A stretch of 64,000 bases of DNA, taken from positions 120,329 through 184,328 of the forward strand of contig CAWIEK010000016.1 in assembly GCA_963835065.1 (NCBI GenBank). The letters are read 5' to 3'. The DNA is from an uncultured Chthonomonadaceae bacterium (GTDB taxonomy: Bacteria; Armatimonadota; Chthonomonadetes; Chthonomonadales; Chthonomonadaceae). Below, piece after piece: positions 42,003 to 53,878 of this stretch (position 1 is its first letter; every line of letters starts with the position of its first letter). The notes below the pieces were generated by a model. It had not been told where the DNA came from. It ran no database searches and saw only the letters and a list, made by a program, of their open reading frames with translations. Made by a program: the position numbers and the translations under genes.

Positions 42003-44994
42003 ATGACACCGGATGCGCGGCCCGCGGCGGCAACCCCCGACGCGCTGCACCTGCCTGGCCTGGCCGAACCCGTCAGCCCGTTTGTCGGCAGGCATATTGG
42101 CCCGCGCCAGCGCGATATTCAGGCGATGCTTGCGACTTTGGGCGTGGATAGCCTGCAGGAACTGATTGAGCAGACCATTCCCCATCAGATATTACCGAAC
42201 GGCAATCCCGTTTTTGGAAAATTAACACAGGTCGGTGAGGGCTGCACGGAAGCCGAAATGCTGGCGCACCTGCGCGAACTGGCGGATCAAAACCAGATAT
42301 GTAAATCCTATATCGGCATGGGCTATTCGGACTGCATCACGCCGCCCGTGATTTTGCGCAACCTGCTGGAAGACCCGCGCTGGTACACGCCCTACACGCC
42401 CTATCAGGCGGAAATATCGCAGGGGCGACTGGAATCCCTGCTCAACTTCCAGACCATGATTCTGGATTTAACGGGCATGGAAATCGCCAACGCCAGCCTG
42501 CTTGATGAGGGAACGGCGGCAGCGGAAGCCATGCACATGGCGTGGGGCATCAAGGGCGCGGAAGGCAAGGCGTTTTTCATGGCGCGGGACTGCCATCCGC
42601 AAACCCTGGCCGTCGTGCAGTCCCGCGCCGAGCCGCTGGGCATCGAAATTGTGGTCGGCGATCCGCTTACGTTCGGGTTTGACCGCCCCCTTTTCGGCGC
42701 GTTGCTGCAATACCCGGCAACCGACGGCATCATTCACGATTACCGCGCCTTTGTGGAAAAAGCGCACAGTGCCAACGCGCTTGTCGTTGTCGCCGCCGAT
42801 TTGTTGAGCCTGACGCTGATTACGCCGCCCGGTGAGTGGGACGCGGATATTGTTGTCGGCAGCGCGCAGCGTTTCGGCGTCCCGATGGGTTACGGCGGGC
42901 CTCACGCGGCCTTTTTCGCCACGCGGGATACCTACAAGCGCAACATTCCGGGGCGGCTTGTCGGCGTCTCCCGTGACGCGGAAGGCCGACAGGCTGTGCG
43001 CCTGACCCTGCAAACCCGCGAACAGCACATCCGCCGCGACAAGGCCACGAGCAACATTTGCACCGCGCAAGCCCTGCTCGCCAACGTCGCGGCCATGTAC
43101 GCCGTGTATCACGGGCCGGAGGGCTTACGCAGTATCGCTCGGCATGTTCATTTTCTCGCTGCCCAGTTCGCCAACCGCTTGAAGGGATTGGGCTACGTAA
43201 TCAGTGACGAGCCATTTTTTGATACCGTCCGCGTACCGCTCGGCAAACACTCACTGAAAGGAATACTCGAACGCGCCGAAATGATGAGCGTTAATCTGCG
43301 CGTTCTCAACGAGACCACGCTGGTCGTTTCTCTCGACGAAACCACTGCGCCGGATGATGTGAAAATACTTATCAACATCTTTGATCAAGACAACGACGAG
43401 TGGATACTTGACAATAACCAGCCTGCCAGCGTTGAAGATATTCGAGCGGGTGAAAATCGAAAATCGAAAATCGAAAATCGAAAATCAGCTTTCCTGACGC
43501 ATCCGGTTTTCCACAAGTACCGCTCGGAACTGGAAATGCAGCGGTACTTGAACAAGCTGGCGAACCGGGACTTCACGCTGTCCAACGGCATGATTCCGCT
43601 CGGCTCGTGTACCATGAAATTAAACGCGGCGGTAGAAATGATCCCCATAACATGGCCCGAATTTGGGAAGATTCATCCGTATGCGCCGGACGAGCAGGCG
43701 CAGGGGTATCTCGCCCTGATTCATACGCTGGAAACCATGCTGTGCGACATTACCGGGTTTGCCGCCGTGTCCTTGCAGCCTAACGCCGGTTCGCAGGGCG
43801 AGTATGCGGGACTGTTGGCGATCCGCAAGTACCATCAGGCGCGGGGCGAAGCGAAGCGCAACGTGTGCCTGATTCCCCATTCCGCGCACGGCACAAACCC
43901 CGCTTCGGCGGTCATGACCGGCATGAAAGTGGTCGTCGTGAACACGGATGAAGCGGGCAACATTGACGTGGCGGATTTACGCGCCAAAGCCGAACAGCAC
44001 AGCGCCGATCTGTCCGCCCTGATGATAACTTACCCGTCCACGCACGGCGTTTTCGAGGAATCCATCGTCGAAATCTGCGACATCATTCACCGGAATGGCG
44101 GGCAGGTGTACATGGACGGCGCGAACATGAACGCGATGGTCGGGCTGTGCCGCCCCGGCGACTTCGGCCCGGACGTGTGCCACCTCAACCTGCACAAAAC
44201 GTTCTGCATCCCGCACGGCGGCGGCGGTCCCGGCGTCGGTCCCATCGGCGTCGCCGCGCACCTCGCGCCGTATCTCCCGGCAAAAGTTGATAGATAAGAA
44301 GTTGATAGTTGATAGTCAAGACCCGAATTCCTATCAACTATCAACTATCAACTATCAACTCCTCGTCAGCGCCTCCCCCTACGGCAGCGCCAGCATCCTG
44401 CCGATTTCGTATGCCTATATTCGATTGATGGGCGCGGAAGGGATGAAGCGGGCTACCGAAATCGCCATTTGCAACGCCAATTACATTGCTCGGCGCTTGG
44501 ACGAGCATTTCCCCGTCTTGTATCGGGGTAAAAACGGACTGGTGGCGCACGAGTGTATTCTGGATTTGCGGCCCGTGCAGGCAAGCGCGGGGATCACGGT
44601 TGAGGATGTCGCCAAACGCCTGATGGACTTCGGGTTTCATCCGCCGACGGTTTCGTGGCCGGTCAATGGAACCATGATGATCGAGCCGACAGAAAGCGAG
44701 TCGAAGGAAGAACTGGACCATTTCTGCGACGCGCTGATCGCCATACGGCAGGAGATACGCGAAATAGAGGAAGGGCGCGCGGACAAAGCCAACAATCCGT
44801 TGAAACACGCGCCGCACACGGCAGAACAGGTTTCGCGCACGGAATGGAACCATCCGTACAGCCGGGAACAGGCCGCGTACCCCCTGCCCTACCTGCGCGA
44901 CAACAAATACTGGCCGCCCGTCGCCCGCATAGACAACGTGTTTGGCGACCGCAACGTCGTCTGCGCCTGCCCGTCCATTGACGAGTACAAGTAG
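42003..44994 (+). CDS. gcvP: Glycine dehydrogenase (decarboxylating), frameshift near 44285
   Basis: [55 protein letters not shown]. Confidence 0.97.
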
Positions 44995-44995
44995 C

Positions 44996-45064
44996 AAGGG
45001 AAGAGGGAAGAGGGAAAAGTACGTAACAATCTCGCTTTTCCCTTTTCCCTCTTCCCTCTTCCTT
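44996..45064. repeat. Inverted heptamer array (AGGGAAG)n ... (CTTCCCT)n between convergent genes
   Basis: Read directly. Confidence 0.9.
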
Positions 45065-45069
45065 GGTCG

Positions 45070-45483
45070 TCAGTAGCCGCCGAACTGCTGGCCGGAATTG
45101 CTGTTGTTGTAGCCCCGGTAGCCGCTGTAGGCTTGCGCTTCGTCCGCGGGAACCTGAATCCCCCCGGTCGGCGGCGTAACCCAGTGCGCCTGATGCGTTT
45201 TCGGGTCGCGGTAGTAGATGCGCCCGTTTTTGGACTGGTAATACTGCACGGTGGCGGGCTGGTTTTGCGCGTTCTTGTGCTTTTTCCACATATAATACAG
45301 CGCGGCGGCTCCGGCCAGCAGCACCACTTTCTTCTTGGTGGACATATTGGAAAGCGGGTTCTGGCGCGCATACGCAATCGGCGTCAAACATACAGGCGCA
45401 ATCAGCGTCGCCGCAACCGTCAGCGCTTGCAGCCGCAGCCGCGCATTGTATGTGATAGGATAGTGTTGTTGAACCGTCAGCAT
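45070..45483 (-). CDS. Small secreted/membrane hypothetical protein
   Basis: AAGGAAG RBS; KKKVVLLAGAAALYY, YYQSKNGRIYYRD. Confidence 0.75.
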   Translation of the reverse strand: MLTVQQHYPITYNARLRLQALTVAATLIAPVCLTPIAYARQNPLSNMSTKKKVVLLAGAAALYYMWKKHKNAQNQPATVQYYQSKNGRIYYRDPKTHQAHWVTPPTGGIQVPADEAQAYSGYRGYNNSNSGQQFGGY

Positions 45484-45730
45484 AGCGTTCTTCCTTATAT
45501 ATCGAAATTTGTTAAGCGTTGCTTGCAATATCGCGCTTCGGCGGAAAGCAATCGGCGTATTCGTGTGCAAAGACGCGCCGAACCTGAAATTGTTCCCGGC
45601 TTCCAGTTCCGGCATCTCTACCTTAGCGTTCTGCGGACGAGGAAATTTGTGAAAAGCATCGCGTCTGAACGCTTGTTTTGCTCCGGGGATTTTCAGGCTC
45701 GCAATCGTCCACTTACCAGAGGGTTTTCTA

Positions 45731-48700
45731 ATGACTTCTTCGACATCTATTCGGATACATGCTTACTCCCATCTACGCTGGTGTCTGCGCTTGGCGGGCG
45801 TCGTGCTTCCTATCGCGCTGCTGTCGGGTTCCGCGTTGGCGCGGCGGCAAGCGCCCGCGCAGGATGCTGTCTGGCTGGAAGGCGAAGGGTTTACGGCTTC
45901 CAACATTGCTAAACCCAACATTAGCGGATGGGGGCATCCTGAGTGGCTGTCGGGGGAGAAGTGGCTGCAAGTGTCGGTTGACGCCGACAAGGTGGAGAAA
46001 GAACTGCCTGCCGGGGGCGGGCTGCTGACGTATGCCTTTAATGTCGGCCACGCGCATGAGTACGAAGTGTGGAACCGCATCGGCTACGAGTTCGTGCGTT
46101 CGCCGTTTCAATGGCGCATAGACAACGCCGACCTGGCAAACCATATCGCCCGAACAGCGCACTACCGACCTGATGGAATTGCAGGACTGGAACGAAGTGG
46201 CCTGGCTGAAAATGGGAACGCAACCCCTGACACCCGGTCCGCACATACTAGAAATCCGCCTGCCGCAACTCAAAGACGACAAGGGCCAACCCGCCCGCGT
46301 CCTTTACGCTTCCGACGCCCTCTGCCTCTACCCCGGTCACTTCGCCCCCAATGGCCGCAACAAGCCCGGAACCAACCCGCGCACAAAGGCGGATGAGGAA
46401 GCGGCGCAGAAGGTGTTCAGATTGGCAGAGGGAACAGGGAACAGGGAACAGGGAACAGTAGGAACCAATTCATCACTCATCACTCATTATTCATCACTTC
46501 CCCTATCCGGTCTTTGGGAAATCTGCCGCAACGATGAGGATTTGCCCACTGAAGTGGCCGCGCCGATCAAGGATTTTCCTGCCGAGCCGCACTGGTCCGC
46601 CATTCAGGTTCCCGGCGATAGGAATACGCTGCGGCCTGATTTGCTGATGGCGCACCGGGTCTGGTATCGGACGCGGGTTGAGGTTCCCGCCGACGTTATC
46701 AGGCAAAACGGCGGACGCTCGTTTCAGATCGTGTTTCCGCAGAACAACTTGAACACGACGGTTTATGTCAACGGCGTGTACTGCGGCTTTAATAAGAACC
46801 CGTATGCGCGATTTGCCATTGACGTGACGCCGGGTATCAAGGCGGGCGTGAATGAAATATGGGTGGGAATCAAGGACGCCTGGTACGGCTATTCCGCCAA
46901 TCCCAAAAACCCGATGAAATTGCGCAAGGTGTTCAATCTGCCGCTCAGTTTCACGCACAACGGCTTTCAGGATTTGGCGTATCCCATCTGGAACGGCTTT
47001 TATTCGGGTATTTTGGGAACGCCGGAATTCAAAGTCAGCGGTTCGAGCTACGCTTCCGATGTGTTTGTGCGCCCGTCCGTGAGCAAGAAGCAGTTGGCGG
47101 TAGATGTGACGCTGAAAAACGCCACGAATGCAGACGCGGCGGGCGAAATCGTGTGCGAGGCCGTGAACGCGAAAACCGGCAAAGTGGAAAAAACGTTGGG
47201 AGCGAAGCCGTATACCATTGGCGGCAATTCGGAGCAGACTGTCACGCTTTCCGAAGCGTGGGAAAACCCGGCGTTGTGGTGGCCCGGTACAAATCCCGAC
47301 TATGTACGCGCTGCGAACTACCATCAAGCAGGGCGGCAAGGCCATAGACGTATCGGAAACGCCGTTTGGGTTTCGGGAATGGGGCGCGAAGGGCCGGGAT
47401 TTCACGCTCAACGGCATCATCTGGCATGGATGGGCGGACTTGCAGCCGGGAGCCACACCGCAGGAGTTCCTCGCCAACTACCGCGCTACCAACCAGAAAG
47501 ATATGCGCTACATGGGCGTGTCGCAGAACGGCGTCAATTGGATGGGTCTTGAACCAACCGCTGCGCTGAACTTTTTCGACCAGAACGGCGTGGTTGTGCG
47601 ACGGTGCGGACCACTCGACGGCGAAGCCATCGGCTACAACGCCAGTGGAAAACGATCCCGATTTGAAGGCGCTGTATAAATCCGACATCAAAATGGACTT
47701 GATGCAGAACTGGCGCGACCAGATGGTGCAGCAGGTGAAGGGCGAGCGCAATCACCCGTCCGTGATGCTGTGGTCACTGGAAAACGAGTGGCTGTACATC
47801 AACTGCATCAACCTGTACGGCGGCCTGATGGATCAATTTGAGGCCGAAGTCAAGAAGTGTTCGGACGCGGTACAGCAAGCCGACCCGACGCGCCTGACCA
47901 TGACGGATGGCGGCGGCGCGAACAAGGATCAGTCCATGCCCGTGCATGGCAACCACTACGTTTTCGACCTCAACGGCAAATACCCCGATCTCGCGTATGA
48001 CCTAAACCCCACAGGCGGCGGCAGAGGACGCTGGATATGGGACGAAAAACGCCCCCGCTTCATCGGTGAAGATTATTTCGCAACGGGAATCAACCCCTTC
48101 GATTACGCTTATTTCGGCGGCGAGGAAACCTTCGGCGGCAAAGCGCAATCTCATGGCGCAATGGCGCTCGTTTTCCGCATGTTGACCGAAGGCTACCGAT
48201 GGGCCGGACAAAGCGCCTGGCATCACTGGGTCGGCCCGGACGATATGGACGCTTTCAAGGGAACAGGGAACAGGGAACAGGGAACAGGGGAAGAAGAGAA
48301 GAGGAGAAAAGAAGAAGAGAAGACTGGAAACCCGACACCCGACACCCGACACCCAACACCCTACCTTTCGCAGTCGCCCCGCGCCGTATTCTGCCGACAG
48401 TGGGATTGGACGTTTGGGAGCGGGCAGAAGGTGAAACGGACATTGGGGATTTTCAATGACACGCATGACCCGGACCCGATTACCCTGACGTGGACGCTGA
48501 CCCTTGCCGGAAAGAAGGTGCAGACGCAGACGAGTACGCACACCGTTGCGCCGGGTGGCAATGAAAAGTTCGATGTGACGCTGGACATGCCCGTTGTCAA
48601 TGCGCGAACCGAAGGAACCTGGACGCTGACGCTCACGGAAGACGGCAAGCAGGCGTTTCAGGACAGCAAAGCGGTTTCAGTGTTGAACGCGCGCCCCCGT

Positions 48701-51005
48701 CCGCAGTCCGCGCAGGCGGAGGGGTTGGGGAAGCTTAGTGCGAAGAACCTGTTCGTGTATGACCCGAATGGAAGTGTGGGCGCGTTCCTGAAATCCAATG
48801 GGCTGGCGTTCACATCCCTGGCGAGTTTGAAAACCCTGCCGGACAGCGGCGCGGGTGCTGGTGGTTGGACGGGACGCGCTGGATGTGACGGAGAGTACGT
48901 CGAGCCGATTGGCGGCGTATGCGAGCGAGGGCAGAACCGTCCTTGTCCTTGAGCAGAAGAACCCGCTCAAATACACCGCGCTTCCGGCGGAAATGGAACC
49001 CGCCACGAATGAAGGCCGCACCGCCTTTGCCGAAGACCTTGACCATCCCGTGTTTGCCGGTTTGCGGCAGAAGGACTTTTTCACGTGGGGCAGTGACGAA
49101 GTGGTGTACCGCAACGCCTACCAGAAGCCCTCGCGTGGCGGCAAATCCCTCGTTCAGTGCGATATGCGCCTTGCCGATACCGCCCTTGCGGAAATCCCGA
49201 CGGGAACCGGCCTGCTGCTTGTCAGCCAATTGTGCATCGGCGAAAAATTAGCTAACAATGCCACCGCGCAGCAATTGCTCCTCAACCTGCTGGCGTATGG
49301 GGCGCAGTACAAACTCACGTATCGCCCCGTAACCGCCGTCATCAGCGACGCCCCCCTGCTCGGCAGCGCCTTAGACGCCATCAGCCTGAGCTACGCCAAA
49401 TCCGACAATCCCCTTGCCGCGCTTTCGCCCAACAACCAGTCACCGGCCACCAGTCACCAGCCACGTATCGCGCTTATTGAAGCCACGCCCGCCAATTTGA
49501 AGGTTCTGGCGGAAAATACGGGCAAGGTGAGCGCGTTTACGGGCGCGGGCGGCTGGCTGTTTTTGCATGGCCTGACGCCGGAAGGACTGGCTGATTACAA
49601 CAAAATCGTCGGCGTGGAGCATTTGATACGCCCCTTCTGGCGGGAGCGGGTTGCGTTTCCCGCGCAGAAATCCCCGCTTGCGGCGGGACTGACGACGGGC
49701 GACATCGTGATGCGTTCGGGCAAGAAGATGTTCAACTACAACTCCGATGAGTGGGTCGCGGACGACGTGTTTACGTACTGCGTGGATTACGACGACGTGG
49801 CTCCGTTCGGCAAGTTCGCCAACGACTTCCACCGCAACATGGTCAACGGCATGGTGTCCGCGGACGGCTGGCCCTACATCATAGACCTGCCGCAGAAGGA
49901 CGCGACGTTCCCGATTCAGTTTCCCAAAACGCAAACCATTACGCATTTGCGCTGGATCGGCAACCGTATGTACAATCCGCCGACCCGAATCGCGCTTGCG
50001 GCGGACAATGGGCAGGCGATGCCGATAGACGTGAAGCCTACCGACCAGCCACAGGAATTCGACTTATCCACGCCCCTGACCGGCAAGGATATAACGCTGA
50101 AGATTACCGATGTGGAGCGCGTCAAGGATACGGAAATTACCGGCCTGGACAATATCTCGCTGATCGCAAAGCGGCCTGTGGATTTTTACCAAAAGGTGAA
50201 GCCGCTCGTGAACGTGGGCGCAATCATGGCGTATCCGCGTGGGACAGGCGGCATTTTGCTGTGCAACCTGAAATTGCAGGCCAGCGAAGCGGTTCCCGAA
50301 AATGGGGTGAAGAAGCGGACGATCCTTGCCACCCTGCTGCGCAACCTGAAAGCGCCGTTTGCGGGCAAAACCGTGATTGCGGGCGCGAAACTGGCGTACC
50401 AATCCATTGACATCGGCAAATTCGCCAATCAGTACCGGGATGAGCGGGGCTGGTTCGGGGATAAGCAGCGCACGTTTGCCGGGCTGCCGACCGGAAAACA
50501 AACCTTCGGCAACGTGCCGTACCAAATCTATGACTTTCCCACGTCGCCCGTTCCCACCGCCATTATGCTCGGCGGTTCGGGCGTTCCCAACAACATTGCG
50601 GAAGCCGTGAAGAGCATCCCCGTTGGACGCAAAGCCGACGCGCTGTTTTTCCTCCAAACCGCGCGCATAGACAACCCATTAAACGATCAGGAACGGCGCG
50701 AAAAGAAACAGGTGGAATTGTTCAAGTACATCATCCACTACGCGGACGGGCAGACAATCGAAGCGCCGCAGTTTGAGGATATAGACGTCGCCAATTACGC
50801 GCAGGCCGTGCCCCTGCCCCTCCCCGGCGCGCAGATCGCCTGGACGCGCAAGTACGACAACGGAGCCGAAACCGCCGTCGCCTACTCCAAACAATGGAAC
50901 AACCCGCGCCCCAACATAGCGATTGAAAGCATAGATGTCGTCTACGGCAAAGACCGGCGCGGCGTCCCTGCCGTCCTCGCCATTACCGCTGCCACCGCGC
51001 AATGA
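45731..51005 (+). CDS. Large secreted GH2-like glycoside hydrolase, split over four ORFs by frameshifts
   Basis: Signal peptide, WYRT, VYVNG, LWWP, FGFREW, ERNHPSVMLWSLENE; three repeat-derived insertions. Confidence 0.85.
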
Positions 51006-51178
51006 CGATTGAATGAAGGCAGAATGAAGAAGATGGTGAGCAGTTCACTACCGGACACATTCCGACCTGATAAAATCGAACGAAACGGGCTGTCTATTTC
51101 TGTTAGAAAACGGAACATTCTTAAAGAGAACAGCCCTTTCCGTGATGAATTTATGGAAATCCGGTGTATCATAAAAGT

Positions 51179-51448
51179 ATGAACAACGAATCTTTGGAAT
51201 TCAATACTAAACCCGTAGTTACGGAACAGCCCTCAACCACACAAGCTCCTGGCGACGCCATCTCTGAAGTGATAGAAAGCAAGCGACGTTTGCGGCAAAT
51301 ATCTCTATTAGCTATGAGAGATAAGCCAACGTCTCGTTCCCATAATAGCTGGCTAAATACAGTAGGCAAATACCCTGAAGGTTCTCCTCTCGACACAATT
51401 TTTGAAGAAGGAAGCAAGTTGAGAGAAGAAGAGTGCAATGAGGGATGA
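51179..51448 (+). CDS. Putative antitoxin (VapB-like)
   Basis: Small ORF with ATGA overlap to the PIN gene; lower GC. Confidence 0.65.
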   Translation: MNNESLEFNTKPVVTEQPSTTQAPGDAISEVIESKRRLRQISLLAMRDKPTSRSHNSWLNTVGKYPEGSPLDTIFEEGSKLREEECNEG

Positions 51449-51921
51449 TCATCGTAGAATCTAATCACATGAGGGTCCTGAGAAGACCGGGTATCGCATG
51501 TGAAAAGTTGATTGTCAAGTTGCAGGCAAGCGGCGAAGATGTTTGCACAAACATCATTACAGTTCATGAGGCTGTTAATGGCTGTTTGTCAGAGATTAAC
51601 AAGGCAAAGACCGTCCACGAGAAAGTACCGCCTTATCAGCATCTGCACCAACTTTTTGAATTCTTTGCGGACTGGATAGTATTACCTTTCAATGACAAAG
51701 CGGCTGCCGAGTTTATACGTCTCAGGCAATTCAAGGAGCTGCGAACATGTGGCACGATGGATTTGCAAATAGCTTCTATAGCCATCGTACACAACGCAAA
51801 GTTATTATCTGCTGACAAAGTATTCCAAGATATTGCTCGTCACTCAATTTTGATGGTTGAAGATTGGCTTTTAGAAGAACCATCAAGAGAGCCACAAGAC
51901 TATACTACGCCCGAAACATGA
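51445..51921 (+). CDS. vapC: PIN-domain VapC-like toxin
   Basis: ITVHE, GTMDLQIASIA; first acidic motif is ESN rather than DTN. Confidence 0.8.
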   Translation: MIIVESNHMRVLRRPGIACEKLIVKLQASGEDVCTNIITVHEAVNGCLSEINKAKTVHEKVPPYQHLHQLFEFFADWIVLPFNDKAAAEFIRLRQFKELRTCGTMDLQIASIAIVHNAKLLSADKVFQDIARHSILMVEDWLLEEPSREPQDYTTPET

Positions 51922-51973
51922 CCGTTTCGGGCGTTCTCACTTCCTGCTGAAGAATTCTGATGAGGTATTCATC

Positions 51974-52165
51974 ATGCCGTCCGTATCCGTAACAGAACAA
52001 TTGTAGGTGTTCGAGGAAGAAGATAAGGAGCGCGTAACTGCTTCCGCCCCGCAATCTGAAGTGATTTCCGTAGACCCGCTACTCATGTGCGGCAGGAGCG
52101 GCGATTACAATTCTTGACGGAAGCCAACCGTCAGTTCGCGCTTGTACGGGCGGATGCGACTGCAT
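51974..52165 (+). pseudogene. 5' part of a degenerate small antitoxin-like gene interrupted by the element at 52166
   Basis: FLTEANRQFALVRADATA joins in frame to WQEELAERSMWDTTLMDGLED after 53238. Confidence 0.6.
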
Positions 52166-53233
52166 GGCTATTTTTGCACAACCCCCGCCAGTGTAAAACC
52201 ATGCTAACGGTTTATAATTTACTCGTTGTAAGAGGCGTTCCTGGCGCGCATGTGTCGGAATAGGGTCTTAGACCCTTTGCAGTTGGTGTCGGAAAATACG
52301 AAATGGGACCCTATTCCGACACTTTTGGGGCCGTGTTCCGACGTCGGTTTAGCGTATACTCTATTCCGACACTCTGGGAGGAATTTTAGGAGCATGGAGC
52401 ATTCTGCCTTGAGTAAGATTAGTATTTCAGCCAACAGACAGACACAATGAACAATCAGGCAGCAAAGGGAACAATGATGGCGTTGCTGATGGAACCTTAC
52501 AGCGAGCAAGTGAAGACATGGCCGCAGGCAGGACGCCATATCCTCGCTCACTATGACGATGATACCGTCATAGTGTACCAGGCGTACAATTCCACGATTA
52601 GCCGTTACACCGTCGAACACGGCACATTCGGGGGCGGATTTAGCTATTCGCGCATGAGTTGGGTGAAGCCAAACTTCCTGTGGATGATGTATCGTTCCGG
52701 TTGGGGAGCCAAGGAAAACCAGGAGGTAACTCTTGCGTTGCGCCTTCGGCGTTCCTTCTTCGAGGTTCTTCTTGCTGAGGCAGTGCCATCCTCGTGGGAT
52801 CGCGGTCGCTTCGCCACGAAACAGGATTGGTCAAGCCGTGGAAACCTCCTCTGTGCGGTTGCAGTGGGATCCTGATCACTCCCATCTGGGGCCGCTCTGG
52901 AGCGACGTGCGATCCAATTGGGGTTGCGAGGCCAGGTACTGGAGGCTTTTGGTAAGCGAGAGTTAGTCGAGGTAATGGACCTATCGGAATTTGTGAGGGA
53001 ACAGCATGCCCGGCTGTCGTCCGATGGAGTGCCAGCTATCGTAATGCCTCGCGAGCGGATTTATCGCCCTGCTGATCCGGACGTCGCTGTGCGGTTAGGG
53101 CTTGCGATTTGATTTCCTGCGCAGATAAAATATTTTCGTTCTACGAGCAGTCTCCGATTGCAACCAGTTACAAGAAATTTTCTATTCATTGTTAGACTGA
53201 TTTTTCACTGGCGGGGGTTGTGCAAAAACAGCC
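52166..53233. mobile_element. Non-autonomous transposable cassette, 28-bp TIRs, 5-bp TSD TGCAT
   Basis: GGCTATTTTTGCACAACCCCCGCCAGTG (52166-52193) versus reverse complement of 53206-53233, one mismatch; TGCAT at 52161-52165 and 53234-53238. Confidence 0.9.
52447..53112 (+). CDS. DUF4291 family protein (frameshifted)
   Basis: IVYQAY, RMSWVKPNFLWMMYRSGW, VRLQWDPDH, QLGLRG. Confidence 0.85.
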
Positions 53234-53302
53234 TGCATGGCAGGAAGAGTTAGCGGAGCGCTCTATGTGGGATACAACGCTCATGGATGGTTTGGAAGAT
53301 AG

Positions 53303-53831
53303 GTTCCCTATCCGTTTACTGGAGGCGTCCGATGTTGGGGAGTTCCTCCGGCTGCGGCTGGAAGCCCTGCAAAACGATCCTGCCGCTTTTGGGAGTTCCT
53401 GGGAGGAGGAGAGAACGCAGACGCCGGAAAGCATCGCGCCGCGCCTGCGCCCCGTGCCGAACGGAAACTTCCTCGTCGGCGCTTTCAACGGCCCGCGCTT
53501 GATTGGGATGGCTGGATTCCTTCGGCGCGAAAGTTTGAAAACGCGCCACAAAGGATCTATTTGGGGAGTGTACGTAACCTCCGGTGAGCGGGGCGCAGGC
53601 GTTGGACGGGCGCTGCTCCTGTCATTGTTGGAGCGAGCGCGCGGTTATGACGGTTTGGAGCAAATCACCCTGAGCGTTGCGGTTCCACAGAAAAGCGCGC
53701 GCCATCTCTATGCTTCCCTCGGGTTTGAAGTTTACGGCTACGAGCGGCACGCTTTAAAAATCGGCGAGAGTTATGTGGACGAAGAACACAGGATGCTGCA
53801 AATCAAACCGTTCCCTGCCGAAAGTGGCTGA
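53303..53831 (+). CDS. GNAT acetyltransferase; own start not visible, in frame with antitoxin remnant
   Basis: LRLEAL, WGVYV, RGAGVGRAL, LYASLGF. Confidence 0.8.
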
Positions 53832-53878
53832 CACGCGAACAAGCCTTTTGTGAAATGATGTGCAGGCCACCCTGCCGC

